Shown in pieces: positions 37,156 to 49,744 of a stretch of 64,000 nt of DNA. Under the pieces are notes generated by a model. That model was not told the origin of the DNA. It was given only the letters and a program-made list of their open reading frames with translations, and ran no database searches. Each line of letters opens with the position of its first letter. The stretch's first letter is position 1. Source of the DNA: Oopsacas minuta (taxonomy: Eukaryota; Animalia; Porifera); contig JAKMXF010000321.1 in NCBI GenBank assembly GCA_024704765.1, forward strand, positions 1,268,321 through 1,332,320. Direction: 5' to 3'. A program made the translations under genes and the position numbers.

Positions 37156-38849
37156 TTAAAGTCAGCTATAGTTGTAGAAATTGAAGAGCTACATTCCGAG
37201 ATAAATTCAAAAAAATTCCAATAGTATGATAGATTTACATCATTAATTAGGAATTTTCTCTAAAACTGGTGTAGGAAAATGACCTAAATAGAAATAGGAA
37301 TTTCACCTAAAATTAATTTCGTTTGGGATTGACAGATATGTGATTTTTAGACCAGTTACATTTGGATATGTTGTACGATATTGACTGTTTGTTTGTATAA
37401 AAGGTGTAAAGAATATGAAATGTATAAAGTAGGTCGAATTTGTGATCTTATGTTAAAAGGGTGCTATAAAATGGCGTTAGAAAATAATATATTTAGAGAA
37501 ATAAAGAGATCATTATAGAAATAAGGGAATTAAAGAAAATAGGACGTGACGGGACTTATTATTGTATTATTATAAACGGGCAGCATTGGAAAGGGATCAG
37601 GGATTTATAGGTACTTGGGTATGTTGCGAGGATTTACCACTTTAGAAACTTTGAGCTGGGATTGTAGCAACCTGGGCCCTTGAGAGTACTGAAATGTTGA
37701 TGGATTTGTTACAATAGTGGTATACCCACAAGATAATTTGAATTTAGGTCATTTTCCTATTTTCTAAAATTATTTAGGTCAAATTCCTTCGTCCCTAATT
37801 AAAATATATAGTTATTAATTCATTTTTGCAATTTTAAACTTTGCTAAATTTTAGGAACGAAGTGCCGAGTCTCATACGAACAGTGTTCGCAAGCCGCGAA
37901 GCGCGCCCCAGCAAGGGAAGCGGCTCGTCCTTATAAAATTGTTCTACGATAGACAAATTTTCTCCAATTTTTTATCGACAATTCATTAATTTTACACAAT
38001 TTCCACGATTCAGTATTACCTAAATATTTTCAATTAATTGTTCTTATTACGCAATCTCCATTTTCAATTTATACATTTAAAATATTTATAATAGGAATTC
38101 AATTGAGTGTGTTAGTTTATTGACTTCACGATAACGGAACTAAATATCAAAGGGCCCACATTGTCACCATGGGCCCGCGCGCTCTTAACGATCCTGATTG
38201 GATGCATGTGTTCGGGTTGTAATCTTCATTTCATAGTGCTGTTGTATGACAGATTTACTACCATGACAGAGTTCCTACCTTACATGGCAGAATAATTACC
38301 CTTTGATCATATCTCTGATGATTATGAAACAATCTTGAAAATGACTATGTATGGTATTATTGATGACTGCGCATTATTCTTTGGAGATGTCATACCAAAA
38401 TGTATTATTAGGGTATGGGAAGTTGGGTATATACTATATATGTGTAGGTTTGTCTGGCCGTAACATTGAAGGATGTTGAGTTATGGATGAATATTGGCTC
38501 AAATATGCCACCCACGGTCACTACTATAACTCTGGAACGCGCGAACTTTATGATGACAAAATTTTGATATTTTGTACAGCAACATCCTTAGATTCTATGC
38601 TATAAATTTTGAAACCATAAATGTATTAATTTCGTCTCTACCTAGTTTCAAAACAGGGGCATTTTTCTGACATATTTGCTAACTAAGCAAACAGATGACG
38701 TCATTTTGGCCTAATAATAGTTTGTAGATGTAGACTGTGAGTAATGTCAAATATCAATAATATATATATTCGGGTCAAAATGTACCGTTTAAATTTATCG
38801 CAACTAATATATCTCCATTATTTCCTTAGAACTGACTTGCCCAATCCCT

Positions 38850-38899
38850 GGTCCAAGTCCATTAATCAGCACCATTGCCTTAGTGTATAGAATGCTATG
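38850..38899 (-). repeat. Solo terminal inverted repeat of the P-element-like family
   Basis: Reverse complement CATAGCATTCTATACACTAAGGCAATGG matches the TIR at 41746 and 56918. Confidence 0.65.
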
Positions 38900-39050
38900 G
38901 CCAGCCTTATTCAGACTATTGTTTGGTTTATGTAGCGATGGAGATCATGGGTTAATGTTATGGTATCTCGATCACTAAATTAATGATCACCTGCACGATT
39001 ACGATTGTTCATTAAATAATGATCAGAGATCGTGATCCCGATCCTTGCCC

Positions 39051-39432
39051 CATGGCTGGGGTTGGTTAATCGAATTAAGGAGGCGGTTAAAACCGTTTCG
39101 ATATTAGCGGTTAACTACTGCATTATTCTTATTACAATCAATGATGTTTTGTGACTAGAATTGAAAATATCAATACAAAGCTATCATATATACAATCGTG
39201 ATGCGATGTTATATTTCTAAACTATTGAAATTTGAGAATACGGACCAAAAATGTAACATCTCATAAATACCAAACTAACAAAATTCGTGTATATTATATT
39301 TCGTATCTCTCAAACGCTTAGGAACACTAAACATTATGTTTGAAATGACACTTTTCGGTTAACCGAATATATTTATCCTAGCAGTTAACTGGTATATAGC
39401 GGCGGTTAACCGGCTAACCGAATCCAGCCCTA
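39051..39432. mobile_element. hAT-type MITE with CGGTTAACCG subterminal repeats
   Basis: Ends CATGGCTGG / CCAGCCCTA; CTTGCCC on both flanks. Confidence 0.55.
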
Positions 39433-40747
39433 CTTGCCCTAAAAAGAATCGCGATTGCGTTCACGATCATTTTCCAATCACTTTTTTCGAATTTTATAAG
39501 CACTTCATATAGGGAGATGCTCTATTACGTGATTCCTTCCGCGCGGCCATGTGAAATATACCAGTCCAATTTCCATGAAAATTACTACATACATTTTGTG
39601 GTCTGGACAACAAGCTATTATTGCTACTACATAATTACCATTCTACTGGTATGTTGAATCTTGAAACAATTTCTCATTACTCCGTAAGGCACACTTGGTT
39701 GAAATATTTTCCGACTTACTATAATCTTTGCGTATAGAAAAGATGGATACATTAGCTCAGGGTATACTCGAAAATAATACTTAGAAGATCATATTCTTGT
39801 AATTTTGAGATTATATAATATTAAGGCTAAGATGCGAGCGAAGCTATCCGAAATTTTACAGTTTGCAATTTGCGCCAACGTGTACGAGTATACCACGGGG
39901 GATTGCCCCTCTATGCCCCCCGGTAGCGACGTCCCTGCCTCTGACCCCCCCCTGGACTAATTCGCAATAAGTTGACAATACCAAAATTTGATGCATGTAC
40001 TTAGTTACCGTTACCCCATTGTACCCGTTAAGAGCAATTCATTCCAATTTTTTCAGGGGTGTAGATCCTAAAATGTATGTAACTGTGAAACAACTAATAA
40101 ACAATTAATTCTTTCTCGTAGTTCAGACCTGAATTTCAATGAATGTATAAGACTCATTATATACTAGACTTACTGTGTATGGTTATTAATTTCGACATGA
40201 TAAACCCCGAAACATCCTCCGCCTGGCCCTGTTAGCTTTTTTCGAAATCTGAAAAGTTGATGCCCATGCCACCACACGACTCAACCTGGCACGAAATTAG
40301 ACTTTACTAAATAGAATGCCAACAATACATACAGTTGAAATTAGTTTATTTGACACTGGGTTTTTTTGTCGTCAATTCAGTGTAAAAATTGTTTATTCCA
40401 AATTCCCATATAAATAATCTGATTTTTGTTTGAATTCGGGTTAATCGAGTTTTTGCTGTGCCGACTATACTATAGTATAGCGGTCCAGTATTGAAATCAA
40501 TGCCTATATAATTAATTATTATTCTTTCTTTCTTTAATCTTAGACAGTGCACTACCAAAACTATAATAGACACCTTGAAACTTCAGGGCACATGGACAAT
40601 ACTGTGCGGTGTGCACTTAGGGTCAGGATTTTGTATTTGAACATTGTCAATTTTGTGCTACTTGATATGTTTCCCATATGAATTGTATTAGGTTTTTGGC
40701 TAAATAATAGTAGTAGCATATCTTAGTAGCCGGTGATATACAATATA

Positions 40748-41188
40748 CAGGGTGTAACAAAAGTATTATCCCCTTTCTAATAATCCATTGTTTGAATATA
40801 TAATACTCAACGTTAATTATTTATCTGATTAGCTGATTTTTGTTGTAAAACTAACACTTCTCAACTATTTCTAATACATTTAAATTAAAAATATTTCTTT
40901 CTCTTATTTTTTATCCGGAATTCTTAAAATCATTATCTTTGTAAAGGATGGAGGTTAGAGATTCGTTCCGAAGCAATAGGGATGCTAAAATGTAGTATTA
41001 CACAGCGAAAGGTAGCTCTGGATCTGGAGGTTTCGGTAAGATCTGTCAAGGGGTGGTAGAGTGCCTATAAAAAGCATGCCATCAATCGTACTGCGAATAC
41101 CGGACATGTTTCAGAGCGAGCAATGTTGTAAAACATGACTGATTTTATTTTTAAGCAAGATGGTGCACCAGCTCACACGGCAAAATTG
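40748..41188 (+). pseudogene. 5' half of a DD37E Tc1 relic split by the KDZ element
   Basis: TA-CAGGGTGT terminus; HTH remnant GMLKCSITQRKVALDLEVSVRSVKGW (homologous to ORF 58169-58396); ends KQDGAPAHTAKL at the TSD. Confidence 0.75.
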
Positions 41189-41745
41189 CATATATTAAAA
41201 TGTACTGTGCGCATGTCCATTAGGTACTGTGTGCATGTCCGTTAAGTACTGTGCGCATGCATGTAAAATATTTATTCAATTTGTTGTATGCATATATAAT
41301 GTTACTACGGTTGTATACATATATATTGTGAATGTAGGTCAGAAAAAGTAATATCACGAATTGTACGTATTCCGATATCGATAGAGTCTCGTTAATACGA
41401 ACAGGGTTAAGGCGTAACTCCGGATAAGGACTACAATTTTGTCCCCTTTATCAGTTCCCTTCGATGCCTTTAATGTAATTAGTTCGGATAATAAGTACTC
41501 CGGATAAGGAGTACGTATTTTGGCAGTCCCCTGTGTACGTATTAACGAGAGTCTACTATAGTATTAGTACTCTGGTATAAGTCTCTGACTGTCTCATACA
41601 ATAAGAAATAATCAGTTTCATCCTTCTCACCCGTTTAAACATTGCCGAAAATATCTCTACCTCAGCTTTTGAAATTAAACACCCACATCCAAGGAAACGA
41701 AGAAAAGTTGAGGAGAAATTTGACATTACTGCAACAACCCTCAAC

Positions 41746-44700
41746 CATAGCATTCTATAGACTAAGGCAATGACACTCTATCGAAATTTTGGACCATGGA
41801 TTGTCATTACCATCGGACTACTTTACATCATAACTTTTGTATTTCTTAATATATCAAAGTGATTTCAACATTTATGTGTATCCAACAACTGCTTACTCCT
41901 TAGAACATATTTTGATATAATTTTGCCAGATTAATAAGACTTCAGTTTTGCACATGTTTGAATATCCAATTCAGTCGTATTGTTCGCGCGAATTAATCGC
42001 CTATAGTGCTCTAAGAATATGTATAATTCATTATGAGGATAGTGATCTCATGTAGCAACATGCAAACTATGTATTAGCGTCAATATTTGTGATTACTTCT
42101 GAAATTTTGTGTCTTAAACGTCTTAATATGAAAAATATTTTACCCACCCATAGATTTTGTATTCAATGTTGATAATATATAATAATTATTGTAAGTATTT
42201 TCGTTTCTTCAAATTACTGCAAGATTTGTACCGCATCATCACATATTCAACATGACATGCCTAGTACCTGGTTGTAAGTCGAATTATCACAGTCAAGGTG
42301 ATTCATATGTGCCTACTTTTTCCTTTCCTACTGATATTGAAACTCGTGAAAAGTGGTTTCGAGCGATTCCTCGACCGAAAGGAGACTATGAGGAGAATAA
42401 ACGATTTTGGTAAGTTGTTATAGAAATTTGTCTGTGATATAGTATAATTATTTCCATCTTTATAGGTCTGTATACATCATTTCGTGAAGAAGATATCGAG
42501 AGGAATATTGAATACTATAACGGAGTTGAGATGATCAAGATGCCCAGGAAAAAATTTGTTCTTAAGAAATTTGCAGTTCCTAGTATCTTTCCAAATTGTC
42601 CAACTTATTTCACAGATACAGTTGCTAAAACCCAAACGCTATCTCTTGACGATAAAGAGGAGAAGAGGATGCAGGATGTATACAAGAAAAGCCGAGCAGA
42701 ATTTCAAGAGACCGAAGCTAAGTTCATGATTTCGAGTCTTAGTTGTATTATATCTAAGTTGCACATGATCGAACTCCCAAACAGTTGGCTTTTCCATCGC
42801 CCTGATTCTTCTACATGCTATTTCTTAAGATTCAATTTTGTAACGAAGTTTCCACTATCGGACGATATATAATTGTCGATGAAAGTTTATTTTGTAAGTC
42901 TTTTTATAAAGAAAAAAACAAATTCAGCTCTCGTCTTCCTCAATAAATGATATCAGGTTATTAGAAAACATTACACATGAAGTAGATTTATTTGAAATAT
43001 CTCAAAGTACTAATACAAATACCTCTGCGACATCTCTGATACAACATGTTAGGAACTCTATTCATAGTCTTGGTCAAGCTATTGATACATTAGAGCACAC
43101 TGATTCCAAATTATATTTCGAAATCGCTGAGGCTTCTTTACAAATGCGTCTTACCTTTTTGCTCGATCAGTTGAAATATCTAATCATTGATAAACATGCT
43201 CGACGTTATAACATTATCACCCAGGTTTTTGTTTAAAAATTCACGGCATTTCCCCAGCTTATTACCGTCTCATTCAGGGCTCTAATTGCTTAACTTTTCC
43301 TCATGAGCGTAATTTGTTGAAAGTAAAAAAATAGTATTGGCTTAGAGAGTGATTATACAAAAATTCTCAAGGAAGTGGCCACTACATTCAATACTTTAGA
43401 ACGCCATGTTATTCTTCAAATGGATGAGGAACATATCCGTGGTGATGCATCACATAAGGGAGGGAGAGTAATTGGGTCGATTGACAATCCTAATGATCCA
43501 TATATCACAGTTTTCTCCATGATGGTTTCTAGTCTATCGGCCAAGTTTTCTACCATTGTTCGGTTGATTCCTTTGGGTTCTTCTTCTGCTGAATCATTGT
43601 ATCCTATTGTCAGGTCTACTATCTGTGATATCGAAGCTTGCGGTCTATTTGTAGAAGCTGTTTGTACTGACAACTATCCACTGAACGTTCGTTTATACAA
43701 ATTGTTTTCAACTAGTTCGAAACTGGAGCCAAAAGTACAACACCCCTGCAACCCACATAGAAATTTAATTATGCTTGTTGATAGTGTCCATATCATTAGG
43801 TGCATCCGAAATAATTGGTTGAATCTCAAAAATATTGACGGCACTTTCATTTTCCCGAAGTTCGACGAATGTCTAGTAAGTATTCAAAGTATCATTGACA
43901 CTAACAAAAATTTTTACCTCTCCATCCCTAGAGCCAGCATTCTACTGCCAATGTGACCTCTAAATCTGTATATCCAGATATTTGTTACGCTCGATTTCAA
44001 GATATACGAGATTTGTTTAGATCGGATAGATGTAATTTATTGAAACGAGCACCAAAATTAACAGCGAAAGCTTTTTGGCCCTCAAGCTTAGAACGGCAAA
44101 ATGTCAGTTTTGCATTGAAAATTTTTCATGAGACAACATCTGCCGGCCTATTAGCGTGGAAAATCGAAAGTGACACCAAACACATCAATCAAATAGTATA
44201 TTTTCTTGATCTTATTAATCGGGTATGGAAAATATTCAATGTGAACTGGGTTGGGAACAATATACGTTTTAATGACCAATTTTCAGCCCCAATATACCCA
44301 GACGATTTTCGGTTGCTCTTTTTGAACCCCGTGGTCTCCTGGTTGGATAGTTGGGTTAATCTACCTTTTTGTCCGGAAATTAACACCACAAACCTTGACC
44401 AGCTTTAGACATGCATGTGAGGAATTACCACTACTAGTCAAACAACTAACTGAAATTGTGGGTACCAATATCTTCTTACTGCGAGAACACAAAATGAAGC
44501 TTTAGAACACCATTTTGGATTATACAGACAAATGTCAGGGTCTCACTATCAAATATCTTTTAACCAAGTTTTAGAAAGCGAACGAAGACTCCAACTTTCC
44601 AACCTTTTACAAGTTTTTGATATAAAATATAGTTTGGGAGATAACGTTTCACTAAAAGAATACTTTAGGTAATTCGCAGACGATTGTGAGTTTATAAGTG

Positions 44701-45679
44701 ACGAAAAGCAACTCGATATAGAACCTTATATGACTATATTGAATGATATCTCGCTCATTGAATTAGAATTTTCTCAGATTGATTGCCTCATCTATATAGC
44801 AGGATATGCAGTCTTCTCTTACATAAAAAGTCAAATACTTGTCAATCTTGTTACGATCTTTTAACAACAGATAGACTCCTAGAAGTTAATAATGACGTTG
44901 GTTCTCAATATACTTTGATTAATTTAGTAGATCGAGGTTCTCTTAAATATCCTTCTTCTTGTGTAGTAAAGTCTGTTACTATCTTGTATAAAGCCTTTCT
45001 GATGATAGATAACTGTGATTCCCTCAGCAAGAAATTCTATTCTGCACAGTCCCGTAGTTTGTTGGTACTCATTTCTATGACAATCATTTCAGAGAAATAT
45101 ACTGATGTTTGGAATGATTGTTGCTTCTGTGGCGTTTGAAATCGGGACATATTGAAGAATTGTGTGTTACATGGTCAAATATCATCTTGTCGAAGAGAGT
45201 CCGCAATTACAATTTTATGGTTTTAAATAGGGATAATACTAAGCTTAAAAATACAAATAATTTTTCTTTGTTCATTTTTAGATCATTTTACTGTTAGAAT
45301 TTTGTGTAGAAGACTGAAGCTATTGTATTGTTATTCGATTTGTTATGTTCAGCTGGACGTTTAGGATAGTATAGTATATTACTGTTACTACTACTAAGAG
45401 AATGTATTATGTTATTTGTTTGTATGCTACATATACGTATTGTACTGTTAAATATATGGTTTGACTTATTAAAATCTATTATGTTGATTTTGAATCTTCC
45501 AATATTGAATTAATCAGGCCGGGTGTGGTAAATCATTTAATCTGATGATTAATAATTAACTAGAAACAGTTGAATCACAACTATAGATAATACATTATAC
45601 TTTGAAAGTCGATGGTAATGACAATCCATGGTCCAAAATTTCAATAGTGTGCCATTGCCTTAGTATATGGAATGCTATG
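41746..45679 (+). mobile_element. P-element/THAP9-like transposon, copy 1 (defective)
   Basis: About 70-bp TIR starting CATAGCATTC; 7-bp TSD CCTCAAC (41739-41745, 45680-45686); THAP domain MTCLVPGC...KWFRAIP...VC..H...AVPSIFP with intron 42410-42465; RNase H motifs QMDE, TDNYP, DSVHIIRCIRNN, QNEALEHHFGLYRQ; several frameshifts and stops. Confidence 0.9.
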
Positions 45680-46238
45680 CCTCAACATTGGAGGAATTGA
45701 AATTTCGAGGACAAATGTTTCGCCAGTAGATATCACAATATCAGAAGAGCAGTTTGAAATTGTACCAAGTAAGTTACGTATTGAAAAGGCCCATTTCCAT
45801 GGAATGCTCTACTAATTAACACGACATTACTCAATATACTTTTTTAGGCCATCCCAAGAAAGAAGTATACACTGAAATCTTTTCACAAGAAGAGCTAACT
45901 ATTCCAATACTAGATCAATATGTAGATCTGCTTGCTGATAAACGGAAGGCTTGGCGTTTGCAAAATTGCTCTGTAATATTCATGTCAGATTTTGAAGTAA
46001 TCAATGGTATGACACCTATATGTATCTACAGTGACCCTCGCTAATCCGAACCTCGTCAATCAGAACAGAGCCTAAATGTTATACAAGTATACGAACCTTT
46101 GGCTCGTCGCTTCGCGATGAAATCGCCGCATTGCGCCTCGGGATATTCAACGGACAAACAACAAATTGAGATTAAATAATATAGATTTAATTCAACTGCG
46201 AACAAATCCACCAAAGAATTTAGCCTAGTTAGGCGAGG

Positions 46239-47025
46239 CAGTGGCGGATCTAGGGGGGGGTATGGGGGGTATGCATACCCCCCCACCAGCTTTGTGAAAT
46301 TATTTATTTCGTCTACTCAGTAGAGTGAATAAAGTATATATCTTGTTATAACACAACCCTAATGAATTTATTTTCTCGACTATATACTTGTAATTCGGTA
46401 AATGTTCCTTCAATATTATTTCATTATTGCCTACTGTAGTTATTTAGGAGCCATAGGAATATAATTCTGATATAATTTTAGAATATAAATTTCACCATAT
46501 TTCTAACTATTTGTTTACCCTTTTTATAATTAGTATTTCTTTATGCTACGTAAGAAAGTTTGTTTGACCAAAGATGAATTTCGTAATTTAGTGTTATTAT
46601 TAGTACTAGTAGGGTATATTATGTATTTAGGATTCAACCAATAGTTACTAATAATATTTAGCTATTACATTCAGAAACTCTCATTATATATTAAACTATG
46701 AACACACATACATAATGTTTGTATTAAGAACACAATTATTTTGGAGTACCTTAGAATACTTGTCAAAATGGTTAAATTGGTCATGGAGATTAAGCCTAAC
46801 ATAAAAATCGCATAAAATCCATACATCACTATGAAATATTTGTTGATGCTGGGTTAAAACACTACATATTGAGAAATACTGGCTGTTATAGTATAATTAC
46901 AATTTGTTAAAATAAGGGAAAAAACAAATAATGATAAAGTAAAAGAGCAAAATCCAATAATTGAATATTATGACGTTTGGGTAGGCGGCATACCCCCCCA
47001 CCAGATTTTTCTAGATCCGCCCCTG
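46239..47025. mobile_element. hAT-type MITE nested in the KDZ element
   Basis: TIR CAG(T/G)GGCGGATCTAG; perfect 8-bp TSD AGGCGAGG (46231-46238, 47026-47033). Confidence 0.88.
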
Positions 47026-47099
47026 AGGCGAGGTGGTGGCTAAGTTAGCTACCATGTATTCAATTTTATCAAACGCTACTTGGCAGCCTTGTAATCATT

Positions 47100-49680
47100 T
47101 GCACACAACATTCGAAAAATGTACTCCCAGATCCTATAGTGTTTCAATTCATGTTTTCATTTTCTAGGTGAAGTAATATTGATCAAGAAAAAAGCTTTAA
47201 TCGAAACTTGTCTGATGAAATGCTTATCTTGTCATACGAATTCTTGCACACATTATCAAGCATATGAATTGTGTTTGGAATTCCAAACCTTAAACAATTC
47301 CGAATCCAAATCCCATGTTGGCAGTACTTACTTCACATTAGGTGCAAATACAATTTTTTGCTGAAGAATGGCTATCATTGCCTATATAGGAAAGAAATGA
47401 AGTGGTATTGCGACAATTGTAGTAGTATGTGTAAAGAAAAGTTAATTCTACAGGCAATCATGGTAGAATACAATGATCAGATACCCATTCGCAGAAACCT
47501 CTTGATTATTCTACCATATCTAAACAATATCTTCCTTTTAAACTTAGTAAGAACCAGGCCATTATATATAATGGACAGTTAAGACGAGGATTATTTCTAC
47601 CCCAAAATCTTGAACCAGATATTTCGCATTGTGAACAAGGACATGAATATGTAGCCAAAAGTCTAGTCCTAGCAAAAAAAGGAATCATTATATACACAGA
47701 ATATGATGTCCTCGATTTAAAAGAACATACGTATAAGTATGTTATATACTAGATAGTATATATATATTCTTTATTTGTCCTTTAATATTCAAGCTAGCTT
47801 ATTCACTGAATTTTAGTGTATACATCCACTTGCGAAGGCAGTTGTAAATACACCTGTGTTTGAAGGAAATAAGTATTCACTTCTGAATGTCAACAATCTC
47901 TATTTCATCCACTATGGAGTATTATTCGAATACAGCGAGTTTATGACGATGTCTCGGAATACACTACATGGATACATGAGGTATGTATTTTAGAATACTT
48001 TTATTTGGTCCGTTGGTTATGTACTCCATCGAATACCAAAATAACAAAAGAAATACATAGATCAATTGTAAGTGATCTATTACGGTCGGTAGTCATAATT
48101 ATATAATCAATTAAATCAAATTCATTTTAGAAAGTTGAGGTGGTTACTCTTTATTGTATTTTAGAGCAAAGAATAATAAATTTGAGAGGATGGAATGGGT
48201 ACTTACTTATGTTAGGCATTAACTATAAGACAAGCTATATTTGCCTATTATACCAAGAAGCTCCAGAATTCTTAATTATGTATGGTATACAATGAGGGCA
48301 ATTAAGGAACTCCCGAATACAGTTGAAGATACCTGGAAGATCAGAGGATATCGTTTGTCCCATTATCAAAGAGGGTATTGGTATCTGATCTAAAAACCAG
48401 AAAATTGATCAAAACTTACTATTGATTTGGATTGGGTGAAAGCGAGTTTCACACTATGGTAAATTCTTTAGAGTTTGAAGAAATTACAGAGTACAACATT
48501 TACGCTAACAATTTAATTGATGAGGTCAATGTGATTAATCCGACTTATCCTAACGCTAAAGCTATTTTGGAACTATTCTCCAGATCAGAACCAATTTCTG
48601 GCATTTTTCCTGTATCTATCCTTAGCGAGTGCGAGAAGAAAGCTATTGCTAGTCTCTCTTGTGGTAACCAACTTGATACATGTCTGCTTTATGAGATTTT
48701 TGAAAAAATGCATACTCTAAAGCTATTCCTTAGCTCGTTTGGTGAAGTTCAAGAACAATGTGCTACTAGTACAGGATTCACCCTTCATCCTATTCTTGCT
48801 GGTGTTCTAAGGGCTATTCTATCCAAAATTGAATTACTCAATAACTATAGAGAAGGACGGAAGACAGTAGAGGCTTCCCCATCAAATGACACTCTAGATA
48901 AATACTTTCCAGCGATAACAAAACGTTACAGGTATTATATAATTGTATTCAACTATTCATTCAATATAATGCATCTGTTGAGAACATAATATAAATCCTA
49001 TAGTGCAAACTTTCAAATATATTGAACCCTTAGATTACCGATGTATGAAGATGATAACGAAGAGAAATATAAAGGATGTACAAAAATATTTCCGAAACAT
49101 CAAAGGTTATCACCACGACTGTTAGTTGTTGTCTGTAGACATAAAGTGTGCTATGGATTTCAAATACTTCGTAGTAAAGAATCTACAAATACAGTATTTA
49201 ACCTACTCCTGACGTTGTTCAAAAGCCCCCTCGTATTATAATATACGACAACGCTTGCAATCTACACAATACATGTATCATCAGGTTAGAATTAATATGC
49301 AAAATACGTACAGCCGTATACCATCTCTAAGATTTTTAATTTAATCTATGTAATGCTCTTAAAGTGCTAAGCATACGTACTTACTAGCATTATATAATAA
49401 TAACTTCTATATTATCATTAGGGAACCCAAACTTTTCAAAGATACTACATTCTTGGTTGATCGCTTTCACTGGAAGAATCATTGCTGCAATCCAGCTTAT
49501 TCTTTGAAGTCAGTGAAGAGTCATGGTTTCATGAGAATAAACTCTCAAGTTTGCGAGCAGCTGTTCTCTACATTAAGGAGAATAACCACCCAAGTATCTT
49601 TCATGCGGATCGAAAACATATTCTACAATGATTTCTTATACTGTTTGAATGAACAAGAATTACGAAAACTAAAGTGCTAG
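47100..49680 (+). pseudogene. KDZ (Kyakuja-Dileera-Zisupton / HMGXB3-like) transposase, multi-exon, disrupted; further 5' exons at about 41640-41745 and 45687-46005
   Basis: Cys clusters (CLSCHTNSCTH; CEGSC), VVCRHKVCYGF..ES, IYDNAC (49244-49258), GT-AG intron 49285-49421, REP...VDRFHWKNH (49459-), INSQVCEQ (49539-49560). Frameshifts and stops present. Confidence 0.8.
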
Positions 49681-49744
49681 TAGCTAATACACTATTCATG
49701 ATTCATGAATAATGAATAAATTGTATTAAATTAACAAGTAAACT

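Noticed and set aside
38200-38520. Possible decayed gene fragment (QIYYHDRVP...YWLKYATHGHYY)
   Set aside because: Needs several frameshifts and I cannot name a homologue; a TBLASTX search would settle it.
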